Shown: positions 1 to 13,264 of the stretch, in pieces
How the letters are laid out: every line of letters begins with the position of its first letter
Position numbering within the stretch: position 1 is the stretch's first letter
Origin: the human T2T-CHM13v2.0 reference genome, Homo sapiens
Direction: 5' to 3' (one strand)
Assembly (NCBI RefSeq): GCF_009914755.1
Contig: NC_060939.1
Length of the DNA: 64,000 nucleotides
Program-made: the position numbers and the translations under genes
Notes under the pieces: model-generated
The model's database searches: none
What the model was told of the DNA's origin: nothing
What the model saw: the letters and a program-made list of their open reading frames with translations, nothing else

Positions 1-20
1 AGAGAGAGAGAGAGTGTGTG
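1..20. repeat. (AG)n-(TG)n microsatellite at window edge
   Basis: agagagagagagagtgtgtg read directly. Confidence 0.8.
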
Positions 21-494
21 TTTCATGTGTGTTTCAGAAACAGATTGACAGTGTCAGGAGCTGAAAGAAGATGAGGACCAGTCAGCGCAGGGAGGCGAAT
101 TTTGAGAAATACCCAGCGGAGTGCTCTGAGTTGAGGCTTAGAGAAGAGACAAAAGTTTGCAAAGCAGAGAAAGTCAGGGATTCGAACTGTGGGTGGGTGG
201 CCCTGGGGTAGAGCCAGGGCGCCTGGGTGCAGAAATGTACTCCATGCAAGAACTTTCTGGCGGGCACAGTCGGAGGAGGGGCTGCCTCAGCAGGATGTGT
301 TCCCCACCCCCGGAGGTGGATAAGTTTGCGCATAGTCACAACTTGGCGTGGATTACATGGACCTGGAGCTCAACGAGGTGTCCTTAGTGGGATGGAGTAC
401 TGCCTTCAGCAAGACGGCAAGAACAAAGACAAAGAGGATGCTACAGTGAACCTGGAAAGCTCTAGGTGAATCTTTTTATGAGTTTAAAAAATAA

Positions 495-860
495 GAGTCT
501 GTGTGATGAAAATTACAAGCCACTGATGAAAGAAATCAAGGAAGACCTAACGCATGGAGACACGTCAGGGTTCATGGATTCGAAGGCTCAGCACGACAGA
601 TGTCTCTTCTACCCAAACTGACGGCAGTTTTAACACCATTCCTATCAAAATCTCAGCAAGGTTTTTACAGATACAGACAAGCTTATTCTATAATATATAT
701 GAAAAAGGAAAGGCCCGAGATAACAATCTCTGACAGAGGAGAATGAAGTAGGAGAAACCACATACCCGGTACTGAGACTTACTACAGAGCTATAGAAACC
801 AAGCGTGGTGCTGGCAGAGGGCAGACACACACATCAGCAGCACCGAATGGAGGCCCAGCG
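495..860 (+). mobile_element. Old L1M ORF2 fragment
   Basis: gaaaattacaagccactgatgaaagaaatcaaggaagaccta...attcctatcaaaatctcagcaagg...acttactacagagctatagaaaccaag resembles the L1 ORF2 3' half; the same region recurs at about 53680-54000. Confidence 0.8.
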
Positions 861-2464
861 CTTGACACTTCCTGACCTGTGAGTGTTGACCCATCAGATG
901 AGTTCCGGAGTCTCTTCCCCCCCTCTCCTTGCCCTTTATCCCTGGGGAAGTCCAGTGCTGACAGGGAGCTTCCATGCCACCCTGGCATGGGACAGGGGCC
1001 ATCTAGGTGGCAGGCCAGCCTTCAAACCTCTGCACATCCTCACTGAATGGGGCCCCCACTCCATGTCCTCTACTGCCAACTCTTAGCCATCTCCACCTCG
1101 CTCCTAGGAGCCCCAGAAAGCTGTGAGTGCCCCCCAGGCCATTTCAGCTCTGCAGAGGACAAGTGCCACCCCACCTCTGTCCCAGTCTCCTCCAGACCGT
1201 GTCTCTCCAGATGGCCACCAGCCAGGCCACAGAGTCTCAGAGGAAAAAGGGGGTCCAAGTTCCTCTGCCTTGGCATCCCTCAACCTACCATGAGGTATCT
1301 CTGACCCCTGGAAAGTGGGGTGAGTCATCCCACAGTGCAGGGCCTGATCCTGGGGCCTCTCAGTCAGCAGGAACCCCCCTGTCATCCTATCCCACACTCT
1401 TCCCTCCTCTTCTGCAGGAAGTGCCAGATGCCTTTGTCCTCTCAAAGCTATCATCCTTGTGCGTGCTTCTGAGAGCAGGGTTGGACTCCATGGGTCGAGG
1501 CTTCCCCTGCAGGCCTCACTGGGCTCTTCCGGGTCTCCCTTCCCTGAGATAGTCAGCCCCAGCCTTGAGTCTGGCTGGAAGGGAGGAAGAGCTACAGGCA
1601 AAGAGGAATGACTGACAAGGGAGCCTGTGGGGTGGGGGAACGGCTCCTCCAGCTTTAGTCAGCAGCAGCTCCCTCGTGCCTTCCTCCCAAGGGACCTGAG
1701 GAGCAGATGACCATCCCGGCTTCCCCGGCAACGGGACAGATGTGAAAAGGCCACCTCTCATATGCCTTCAAGAGGTTGCATCCAGGCAGGCAGTGGGTGC
1801 TAGAGGGGTGAACAGGCCTCCCGGCAGGGGAAGAAGTCTGGCTGAAGTCCCCTGGGCAGGAAGAGGAGCTGACAGTAGGCCAGTGGGGCCCAGGCAGCAC
1901 AAAGTGTGAGGAGAAGCCAGGGGCAGGCAATAGAGCCTTTGTCTTCATTTTGTGGTGTTTTTCATCTCACTCACTGAACTTGAAGTGAGAAGTGGCCGGT
2001 GTGGAGGCCTGGCTCGGGCCTTCCCTTCACCCCCAGTTCCTTACAACTCACACTTGACCCATGGGGCCATGGGGGCTTAGACGTGGAGCCCACCTGGGGA
2101 GGTGGGCCTTACGGCCCCTCTTTTCTTGCTGATGAGGAAATGGAGGGATGGGGTGCCGAAGTGACCTGGGCAAGGTGGACCCAGCCCTGTGTTCATTCCT
2201 CTTTCCTGGTATCAGCTGCCTCATTTCCTTGGGGTGTCAACCCCATCACGATTGTATTCTATCGCGTGGTTCTGCAGCCTTGCGTGGATGCCTCCACTCA
2301 GGAGAAGGATGTGAGTGAGGCTGAAATACTCAGCACAGTCCAGCCCGACTGATGTGATTAGTTTGGAGACAAACACGCGGCCCAGTTCACTCGGTAAGCA
2401 GCAGCCTCTGGGCTTGTTTGCAGCCGCTGATGTAGCCCAGGAGCTGGTCAAGGGCTGCTCCTTG

Positions 2465-2676
2465 GAAGGAGCTGCCTGAGAGTGAAGCCAAAAGCCAAAG
2501 AAAGCTGAGCTAGAGGATGACAGACAGCTTCCTGGTGACACTGTTAGAGCATCTGGATCCAGCTATACCTGAAGCTACACCTTAAACATTTTAATTACAT
2601 TCATCAATGTTTCTTTTTGCTTAAGACGGTTTGATTTGTGTTTATATTATTAGAACCTCACAGGCTTGTCTAATCT
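2465..2676 (+). mobile_element. MLT1J/K-like MaLR LTR, 3' part
   Basis: gagagtgaagcc...ctggatccagctatacctgaagc...tttttgcttaagacggtttga matches the recalled MLT1J/K 3' end. Confidence 0.7.
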
Positions 2677-3379
2677 AGCATCCCCGGGCCGGCCTCCTTT
2701 TCCTCCTTCTCCCCTTGGCCAGTATAAAGAATGAAGCTTTCTGGAGCCTGTTCACAGCATGAAGCTCTTCCACTCACCTGCAGCCTGTAATTAGGGGCCT
2801 GCTGGCTGAGAGAACCTCATTCCCTTTTGCAGCCTCTGGATCTACAGCTCTGCAGTTCCACCAACAGTATCAGCCTCAATGTATGTGAGACACACTGCCA
2901 ACGCCCAGAGCCCTGTGCTCAGCCAGTCTGACCTCCAGGCCCTCTAAACCCTGCAGGATGAGGTACTTGTACCCAGAGTGTACCTCCCGCACTGTGCGGT
3001 GTGGCTGCCGCCCATGGCCCCAGATCTCTCCACTGCCTTGGGGGAGCTCTCAGGCCTGCCAGGGCTGAAGAGCTGTGAACACACATCGCTGGGGGGTGGA
3101 AGGGCTGTTTTTTCCAATGGCCTTTTCCAAGCCAGGAAGAACTGAAATGTGAGCTCCCCCTCCTTTAACCACAAGCAGAGCTGCCAAGGCAGTCAGCTCC
3201 CTCCTCCTGTGTGTGGTGGGAGCCCGTATGGGCACAGAGCCACAGCAGTGGGGAATGTGATGGGGCAGAGAAGCGGAAGGCACCAGGGGCTTCCTGTGGT
3301 CGAATAATGAAAAAACACCCCAGATAAGCACTGGGGTTCCACGACACCACCTTCTGGAGCTCTCAGGCCCTAGCAAAAT

Positions 3380-3530
3380 AATTTCACATCTGTAAACCTC
3401 AGTCTCTCAATCCATAAAATGGACATACAAATCCCTCCTGCCACGGTCACTGAGAGGAAGAACGGGATGATTGGCAAGAGGGTGTGACATGGCGCTGGCA
3501 CGTACTAGATGCTCAGGGAGTTGCGGTAGC
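3380..3530 (+). mobile_element. MIR SINE
   Basis: cctcagtctctcaatccataaaatgg core and gctggcacgtactagatgctca tail. Confidence 0.7.
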
Positions 3531-3539
3531 TGTAGCAAT

Positions 3540-3640
3540 CGTCCCGTGAGGCAGGTGCCTTTGTTGCCCCATTTCACAGAGAAGAAGGCAGCAGCTCGGT
3601 GGGCAGCTTGCCCAAGGGAATGGCAGCGGTTCTGGTCCCT
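3540..3640 (-). mobile_element. MIR SINE
   Basis: ccccatttcacagagaagaa...cttgcccaagg is the reverse MIR core. Confidence 0.6.
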
Positions 3641-4959
3641 GTGACAGCGACACCCAAGGGAGCTGGCTTCAGTGGGAAGCAGCCTCTGAGGCCGGGCAGG
3701 GAGCAGCTGTTATTGGTGGCCCCTAGGGTAAGAACTGGTCCCGCACCCCTTTGCAGAGGTGTGGCTCTGAGCCCCTCCATCGGGGTCTGGGGCAACACGG
3801 GGCAAGGGGACTCTCGGAGGAGAGGCACCCCGTTCTGGGAAGAGGGGGGATACGGGCCAGGGGAGGCTGGTTCCCGGGGCTCCCGGGCTCACCACAGATG
3901 CTCTCTGGAAGCTTAGGGGCGTAGGGGGCTGGGACCGTTTCTGGGGGCCTGAAAGCTGCTCTACAAATGAAGACAAACTGTCTAACTCAGGTGAGAATCA
4001 AGACTTTGAGAGGAGGGAAAGTCCAAGAAAATCCCTGAGAGCCCCAGGACATGTGCTGTTGGGTGAAATAATTAAGAAAACCTGCCCGATCTCCCACAGA
4101 GACAGAAATCATCCCCTGCCGCTCCGGGCTGATCCTCACCGTCCAGCTCCTAATTCTTCACAGCTGTCCCTGTGAGACCACTGGAGGGGGGTGGGGACCA
4201 AAGCGTGAGGCCGGAAGCAAAGGAGGGAGTGGAGGGACAGGCTCAGAGAGATACGGGAGGAGGGGGAGACGGCAGTGCAGAGACAGACAGAAACAGAGAG
4301 GCAAGGGAGATGGATGGCGAGGGATACCCAGCATGAGACAGAGATGGTGGGGGGGTGGTCAAGAGAGAATCTGATTGACTTAGGAGGCCTTGTGACCGGC
4401 CAATTAAGAGGATTGTGGAAATTAAGAAGATCAAGTCAAGGTCTGGGAGTGTGCGGGCTGGGAGACCTTGGCCTGGTGCCAACCTAGACCCCATTCCCTG
4501 GGAGCTGCAGCAGCTCCAGGCAGGCAGGCCCTGGGCACTGGCCCTGGATCCCACCTCTACTCTCCCCACCTCAAAACCACCCAGAGGAACCTGGGCGCAT
4601 GTACTGTGTTCTCTCAGACAGGCACAGGGCTGGGGCACCCCATCCAGGCTTCACTGCTTAACCTGCAGATGAAGGGGTGAGGTCGGAGAGGGAGTGAATG
4701 GCTTCCAGACCCCCCAGAGGGAAGCACATCTCTCCTGGCCAATGGCCACAGCTTATGGGCCAGGCTGGGGAGGGTCCTGCGGGCGGGTGGGCATTACTCC
4801 TTCCCTCCTGGAGACCTGAGACATTGGAAGGTCATTAGGAGACACAGAAGCCAAAATCCCCCTGCCCCTGTTCTGGAAAGAGCTGGTCCTGCCTTGCCCT
4901 CAGGATCAGGAGGGAAATGAGGGGCCTGCTCCCAGCTCCACTGAAAGTCCCTGAGGGGA

Positions 4960-5075
4960 GGCCTTGCAGCCCCATTTTACAGATGAGGGAGACAAGCCTC
5001 ACAGGGGATGAGGGTCTCGGCCAGCGTCTGTCAGCTGGTGAGAGGAGGGCCAGAAACTGGAAACCAGATGCGCTG
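4960..5075 (-). mobile_element. MIR SINE
   Basis: ccccattttacagatgagg is the reverse MIR core. Confidence 0.7.
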
Positions 5076-5238
5076 TCCCCCCTCCCTTCCCTCATCCTTG
5101 TCCCCCCACTTCCGTCCTCCTTTCCCCTTCCCTCCCTTTCTCCTTCCCTCCCTTTCTCCTTTCTCTCCCTTCCTCCCTCCATCTTTCTCTCCTTCCTTTT
5201 CTCCCTCCCTCTCTCCATCTCCCCTCCCGCCTGCCCCC
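5076..5238. repeat. CT-rich low-complexity polypyrimidine tract
   Basis: Almost only C/T on the + strand. Confidence 0.9.
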
Positions 5239-5620
5239 ATTTACTCATCGTTTTCCCCACACTCATTTGTTGAGTGATGGGAGGGACAGACACAGAGAAG
5301 GAGGAAAGAGAAGGGCCTGGGCTGCCCCCGTGTCGGCTGGCCAGTCCGCACGGACTCCTGCTGAGGGCACCCTGGTAATAAGGTAGTAAAGTAAAGTGGC
5401 CTGAGTAAGTCTCTGCTGCTCCACATCAGAGCAGTCCCAGCTGGCTGAGGGAGCAAATCAGTGGCTCTCGGGAGCAGTGAGGGCTTGAAGCACATCACAG
5501 CCAGCATGCAGTGGAGACATCCAGGGCCCTGGCCGGCCCGAGGACCTGGGCTGGACCAGTCAAATCCTCCCACCTCCTCTTTCTCTCTGGAATCTGAAGC
5601 TGAAGCTCAGAGAGTGGCAG

Positions 5621-6115
5621 GTCCCAGGGTGGTGGTTTTGGTCCCATGGTGGTGGTTTTGGCCCCAGGGTGGTGGTTTTGGTCCCAGGGTGGTGGTTTTG
5701 GCCCCAGGGTGGTGGTTTTGGTCCCAGGGTGGTGGTTTTGGTCCCGTGGTGGTGGTTTTGGCCCCAGGGTGGTGGTTTTGGTCCCGTGGTGGTGGTTTTG
5801 GCCCCAGGGTGGTGGTTTTGGTCCCGTGGTGGTGGTTTTGGTCCCATGGTGGTGGTTTTGGTCCCGTGGTGGTGGTTTTGGCCCCAGGGTGGTGGTTTTG
5901 GCCCCAGGGTGGTGGTTTTGGCCCCAGGGTGTTGGTTTTGACCCCAGGGTGGTGGTTTTGGCCCCAGGGTGGTGGTTTTGGTCCCACGGTGGTGGTTTTG
6001 GCCCCAGGGTGGTGGTTTTGGCCCCAGGGTGGTGGTTTTGGCCCCATGGTGGTGGTTTTGGCCCCAGGGTGTTGGTTTTGGCCCCATGGTGGTGGTTTTG
6101 GTCCCAGGGTGGTGG
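5621..6115. repeat. 20-bp minisatellite (VNTR), 24 full units plus one partial
   Basis: Unit g(t/c)ccc(agg/atg/gtg/acg)gtg(g/t)tggttttg in exact 20-bp phase. Confidence 0.97.
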
Positions 6116-6129
6116 CGTTTCTGGAATTC

Positions 6130-6265
6130 TGATGTAGGCCTTCAAGTTCAGATGACCTGTGTTTGAACCCTGGGTGCACGTGGACCAGTTCTGTGGGCTT
6201 CTCTGGTCATCGGTTTTCTATAAAATGAGGATAATTAGAGCCACCTTGGAGGTGAGTGAATGAGA
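6130..6265 (+). mobile_element. MIR SINE
   Basis: gacctgtgtttgaaccctgg (B-box like) and ggttttctataaaatgaggataatt core. Confidence 0.6.
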
Positions 6266-9256
6266 GTGGAGGCAGGGCTCGTGTGTGTCATGCAGTTCCT
6301 GAGCCTCCCTCCCCATCAGCCTGGGGTGGGAGGTGAGGCTTCGTTACCTTGTGGGCACCAGGCAAAAGGCTGCAGAAGCCTGAGGGTAGAGGCAGATAAG
6401 GGACATCCTCTGAGTCCTCAGGGCCACAGGGACAGGACCTGCCACCCGGCAGTGTCCACGAGACAGGAGTGAGTGGGCTCCTCTTCCAGCCCGGGAGTTA
6501 ACGGGACCTGTGGAACCCTTCCTGTCTTTGCAAATGCCAGGTGTTGCTTCCTGATGGTCCCTCCTCGCTTAGGGAAGCCCCTGCCCACAGAAGGCCACTC
6601 AGGGAGAGGCCCTGTTTGTGTGTCTGTGTGTCCAGGAGCCAGAGGTGCCAGGGGTGGGATGCAGAGACCTGCCCGAGGCCTCACCCTCCACGTAGCCAGG
6701 CTTCCTCCCTCTACCACCTTCCCTGGGAGGTGGAAATGAGGGTTGTAAGGGGATCCAGCTCCTTCCTCTTCACTTTATTGCTGCCCTAGGTGTTTACGCC
6801 CCATGCAAGTCCTGCATGGAGGCATTAGGTCAGCTGTTCAGCCTAGGCCTTCCAGCCAAGTGCATTATAGCACTGCCCTCCTGGGATGGCAACAGCCACC
6901 CAGCCCCTCCACAAGTGGCCACCCCCACACGTCTCGCCCTCCCAGGGGCTGTCAGAGTGACCCACCCAGTCTGTCAGATTTTAGCCCCAGGTGCAGCGAC
7001 CTCCCCCTACTGTGGGCAGGAGGCAACTCCGCCCCAGATCCCCAGGTCTTCTGTGGTTGCCCAGAGCCCCAGGGAGCGATGGTGGCCATCCCTGAGTGGG
7101 GAGGCAGGTGGACCCGAGCACCGACCAGCTCCTGAGAGCAGTTGCAGTTGCAAGTCCATAAGGGCCGCCCTCAGGCTGTGCCGGGACCTTGCTCTAGGGG
7201 CCTCGTTGGTTCTCATGCAGTCCTGGAGTTGGAGACTAAAGACAGCTCCATATTACTGAAGATACAGCAGAGACACACAGCAGGTGAGAAGCGTGTCCTG
7301 GGTGGGTTTCCTGAGGATCTGCCATCATGAGTGGAAAGCCCTGGCAGGGTACGGGACCCTAACAGGAGAGAGCCATTGTCATGGCCCCTACACAGCTGAC
7401 CTAGAGCTGGACAGGAGCTGGATGGGGCCTGCTGGAATAGGCTGAGCAGCAAAACAGAACAGAACAAGCAACCCATACTTGGGAGAGCCTTCGTGACTCC
7501 ACAAACCCCTCTTTTTCCCACAGCCTCTGTCTGCCTAGAGGTGCTGGGCCACGCACAACTCTGACCATGTCCAGCCCTGTGAACAAAGGACCCATGGCCA
7601 TCTGATTCCTGGCCAGCCCAGCCTGGCACACAGGGTGGGGCTTCTCTGATGCCCCATGTGCCGCTCCATTCTGCTGGAAGCTTACTGTGCTGACACACAC
7701 TCATCTGTGAAGTGCTGGAGTTTTGGAGAAGTCCCTCTGACTGAGCTGTGATCATTTAGCATTTGGGAAAAATGACCAAAGCAATCATGGGTGGGTGTGT
7801 TTCATCTGCCCAAGACAGAAACCCCATTCTAAACCTGGCCGGGTTGAAGCAGGGTTTTCACCTGCTTACAGACTCCGCCCCAGCCTCCAAGATGGGTGGG
7901 GACATCATTGCATCTCTGCCCGTTGCCCAAAGGTGACTGGGCCAGGAATGGACAGGGAACACTGCTGGACCTATCAGAGGCTTCCCCAGGATTTTTAACC
8001 TGGGACCAGAGCTGCCAGGGCCAAGCCCTGAGGAGGGAGACTGTCCAAGAAAAGTCAGCCATTCGGGAGGAGAGAGGAGAGTCCTAGTGGGGTTGGAGAG
8101 CCTAGTTGTTGTTGTCCTGGAAAAAAGAAAGAATCCTGATAAAAGCAGTTTTAGTGAAGTAAAAATGACAATAGGAGAGAGGGACTTTGTTCCAACGCTG
8201 CTTCATGAAAAAATGATCATGAAATGAAATGACCATGACGGAATTAGCTCTAGAAGATATTTTCTTCTCCAAAATAGCCAATATTGAAACAATTTGGGCT
8301 AATGCTTTTATATTCATAAACATAGAGTCAAAAGCCCTCAGGGTTGAGATGGTGGATTCAAGATGTCCTAAGTTCAGTAACTGAACACTGTCTCCCTGCT
8401 GGACCTCCCTCACTCCTTCCCACCCTACTGTGCCTCTGGAACCTTTAGCCTGTAGGATTTCTTACAAACTCTTAATATGCAAATAGCACTTATTCTTAAC
8501 TTAAAAATCCCTTAAGTAAGACTACTTGGCAACCCATAGTCAGCTTCCTTCAAGTCACTTTATGTTCTTGAAAGTAATCAAAAGTAATCCATTGCAACTG
8601 CTTTAAAATATTTTAGAATTCCAATTTCCCCCGTCTCTTCCTTCCCTCGGGTTGGCCAGCTTCCCAGGATTCTGTCCTATAAAATTAAGTTAATGATATC
8701 TTCAGGATCAGCATGTCTTTGTCTCTAAATGTGGGAGTGTGTCTCCTCCAGGACTTGCCTTGGCCAGGCCTTCCCCTCCCACTCTGAGCCCCCTTCCCTC
8801 CCCGGGCATGCAGCGCAAAGCCAAGGAGCTGGCTCAAGAGTAAAGAGTGGGCACCTCATCCTTGCTCTCTGGGGCTTGCTGCATGGACCTCTCTGCGCAT
8901 TCTGGGTCAGGGGTGGCATGCATCCAGCATGCCTTCGTTGTCTGAGGCAGCTCCAGGCAAGGAGAGATGTAGGATAACTCAGCCAAGAGGTGGCCTTTCT
9001 TCTAGGCAGCATCAATCAGCCCCATTGCCCTCTTGGCAGGTGCTCCATAAATGGTGCTTCCGCAGTTCCCTCCCTCTTCCCAGGTGTGGAATGGCCCCAG
9101 GAAGTCAGGCCAGGGAACCACAGGCACAGCCTCCAGGTGACAGCTACAGGCTGGAGGGCCTGCTTTCTGTCTCTGGCCTCTTTTCAACAGCTTATGAGAT
9201 TTTCAAATGTCTCCAACTGACCCTCCCCACAAATGACATTTATGAAGGACACACAG

Positions 9257-9717
<461 letters not shown>

Positions 9718-9849
9718 TTAGCCAGAGAGCCAGACAGCTGGGCTGCAGAGCTGGCAGGGTTGGCAGGGTGAGTACAGTGGAAACCTTCCTAGACCTTGTC
9801 AGCCACAGGACAGTGTGTGCTCGCTCCCTCCCAACCTGCCCCATTAGAC

Positions 9850-10310
9850 ATCTGTGTGGTGGGGCCGCCTCATTCCTGATCATGAGAGAATGCTGTTAAA
9901 TTTGCAGAAATCTTGTGATCTGCTTGTTAAATGCAGCTTTTATTAAAAAAAAAGAATAGTAAGCTTACAATGAGATAAGGTATATTAAAAACAATTGTAT
10001 TAAGAGCAAAGGTATAACTCAAAACTCATCAAACCCATCGCTTTCTACTTATTTTACTCAATTTTACTATTGAGTTTATGTTTATTTACAATCTAACTGG
10101 TGTTTATATGGTGGAAACACCATATAATATGTACCATATAATACTGCATACCTCTCCCCAACCTCCAATGATGTCAGGTTGGTGAGATTGTTTATACCAC
10201 AGAAACTCGCAAATACGATAAACCAGGGGCTTAAACCCCCAACCCGCCCCCAACTCCCACACTGCTGACTCCCTGGTCCCCGAGTGCTTAAATTTGCTAA
10301 TGTATGTTAC
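9850..10310. mobile_element. MER63-like hAT-Blackjack DNA transposon
   Basis: tgttaaatttgcagaaatc...tatattaaaaaca...ctcaaaactcatca...tatggtggaaac...taccacagaaactcgcaaa matches the recalled MER63B consensus. Confidence 0.75.
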
Positions 10311-11307
10311 ATAAACAAGATAAAGCACAGGCAATACTTAGGGCAATCATGCTCCCCAAACTTTCCAGGACAGTTTCAATTTAAATATTCTGCCTGCGGT
10401 CAAACTGCGGGACCCAATCAGGTTTCAGAGCCAATGTAAGCCGCAGGGAGGCCACCTGGAAGTGAGTGCCTGACACACAGACTTTCACCCGTCTCTTCGC
10501 CCCAGCCTCACAGCACCAGACCCTCATTTCATTAATCTCCCAAATTTAGGTCACAGATATCTCAAATTACCTCCTTATTTACAGACATCAAGATCTAATG
10601 CTAAAACCTGGAGAGGGACAGAACCAGTCTGTTCCAGGGCCAGACTTGAAAATAAATAATAATAAAATCCCCAAGCCTTAAGATGTCCATTGCCTGAAAT
10701 ACGCAGTTTACAGCTTGAAATTCAACTGACTCACAAACCACACAGCTGGTGACCCTCCCCACCTTCCCTCTCAAGCTAATTGAATTAAAAAAAAAAAAGT
10801 ACTTAAAGAGGCCTGGTCTGTCCAAGAAGTAAACTCCATGTACTTCCTCTCCCCTGGGCTGGAGGCACACTTGGCCACACAAGGCATATAAAATCCCCTT
10901 TTGGAGAATTGCTTGCTTCCCACATGGCTTCTGCAGTCAGTGTAATTTAAGAAACACACAACTCACGCACCCAGCTTTGGAAGTCACAGTGGGTATACAC
11001 CTGAGAGGGAAGCCGGGGGATGGAGGGGTGTTTTTTGTCTGTGTTTAAGCCCCTGTGCTGGCTTCTTGAGATTCCCAATACTTTCCACACACACAAAAGG
11101 TTGATCTATGCACTCAGGGCAAAAGGCAAGTCATGCATTCCAAAGGAAAGCGCACAACATAAAATGCTATCGGGAACGGACGGGAGGGTTTGGAAGGAGT
11201 CACGTCAGAATGGTAACCGTGTTCATCTGACACTGGTAGGGTTTTCTTCTGTATAGTTCCCTGAATTTTCCAGATGGTGTATGGTGAAGAGATCTGGCAT
11301 TTCTTTC

Positions 11308-12925
11308 TTTTTTTTTTATTTTTTTTTATTTTTTTTACTTTTTATTTTTTTATTTATTTATTTTTTTTTTATTGATCATTCTTGGGTGTTTCTCGCAGAG
11401 GGGGATTTGGCAGGGTCATAGGACAATAGTGGAGGGAAGGTCAGCAGATAAACAAGTGAACAAAGGTCTCTGGTTTTCCTAGGCAGAGTGTGTGTGTCCC
11501 TGGGTACTTGAGATTAGGGAGTGGTGATGACTCTTAACGAGCATGCTGCCTTCAAGCATCTGTTTAACAAAGCACATCTTGCACCGCCCTTAATCCATTT
11601 AACCCTGAGTGGACACAGCACATGTTTCAGAGAGCACAGGGTTGGGGGTAAGGTCATAGATCAACAGGATCCCAAGGCAGAAGAATTTTTCTTAGTACAG
11701 AACAAAATGAAAAGTCTCCCATGTCTACCTCTTTCTACACAGACACGGCAACCATCCGATTTCTCAGTCTTTTCCCCACCTTTCCCCCTTTTCTATTCCA
11801 CAAAACCGCCATTGTCATCATGGCCCGTTCTCAATGAGCTGTTGGGTACACCTCCCAGACGAGGTGGTCAGGCAGAGACGCTCCTCACTTCCTAGATGGG
11901 ATGGCGGCCGGGACGAGGCGCTCCTCACTTCCCAGGTGGGATGGCGGCCGGGCAGAGACGCTCCTCACTTTCCAGACTGGGCAGCCAGGCAGAGGGGCTC
12001 CTCACCTCCCGGACGGGGTGGCTGGCCGGGTGGGGGGCTGACCCCCACCTCCCTCCCGGACAGGGCGGCTGGCTGGGCAGGGGGCTGACCCCCACCTCCC
12101 TTCCGGACGGGGCGGCAGCCGGGCGGAGGGGCTCCTCACTTCTCAGACGGGGCGGTTGCCGGGCAGAGACGCTCCTCACCTCCCAGACGGGGCGGCGGGA
12201 CAGAGGCGCTCCTCACATCCCAGATGGGGCGGCGGGGCAGAGGCGCTCCCCACATCTCAGACGATGGGCTGCCGGGCAGAGACGCTCCTCACTTCCTAGA
12301 TGGGATGGCGGCCGGGACGAGGCGCTCCTCACTTCCCAGGTGGGATGGCGGCCGGGCAGAGACGCTCCTCACTTTCCAGACTGGGCAGCCAGGCAGAGGG
12401 GCTCCTCACGTCCCAGACGATGGGCAGCCAGGCAGAGACGCTCCTCACTTCCCAGACGGGGTGGCGGCCGGGCAGAGGCTGCAATCTCGGCACTTTGGGA
12501 GGCCAAGGCAGGCGGCTGGGAGGTGGAGGTTGTAGCGAGCCGAGATCACGCCACTGCACTCCAGCCTGGGCACCATTGAGCACTGAGTGAACCAGACTCC
12601 GTCTGCAATCCCGGCACCTCGGGAGGCCGAGGCTGGCGGATCACTCGCGGTTAGGAGCTGGAGACCAGCCCGGCCAACACAGCGAAACCCCGTCTCCACC
12701 AAAAAAATACGAAAACCAGTCAGGCGTGGCGGCGCGCGCCTGCAATCGCAGGCACTCGGCAGGCTGAGGCAGGAGAATCAGGCAGGGAGGTTGCAGTGAG
12801 CCGAGATGGCAGCAGTACAGTCCAGCTTCGGCTCGGCATGAGAGGGAGACCGTGGAAAGAGAGGGAGAGGAGGGAGAGGGAGAGGAGGGAGAGGGAGAGG
12901 AGGGAGAGGAGGGAGAGGGAGAGGG
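11308..12925 (-). mobile_element. Full-length SVA, SVA_D-like
   Basis: poly(T) tail 11308-11370; SINE-R about 11371-11855; GC-rich VNTR about 11856-12480; Alu-like domain about 12480-12845; (GGGAGA)n hexamer to 12925; 11-bp TSD gcatttctttc at 11297-11307 and 12932-12942. Confidence 0.97.
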
Positions 12926-12946
12926 CTTATCGCATTTCTTTCATAG

Positions 12947-13264
<318 letters not shown>

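Noticed and set aside
5621-6115. CRISPR-like array
   Set aside because: The units are directly tandem with no unique spacers, the context is eukaryotic, and there are no cas genes.
5461-6179. Long ORFs in all frames with PQGGG/PHGGG motifs reminiscent of prion-type repeats
   Set aside because: They arise from the stop-free 20-bp VNTR. The unit is not a multiple of 3, both strands are open, and there is no gene context.
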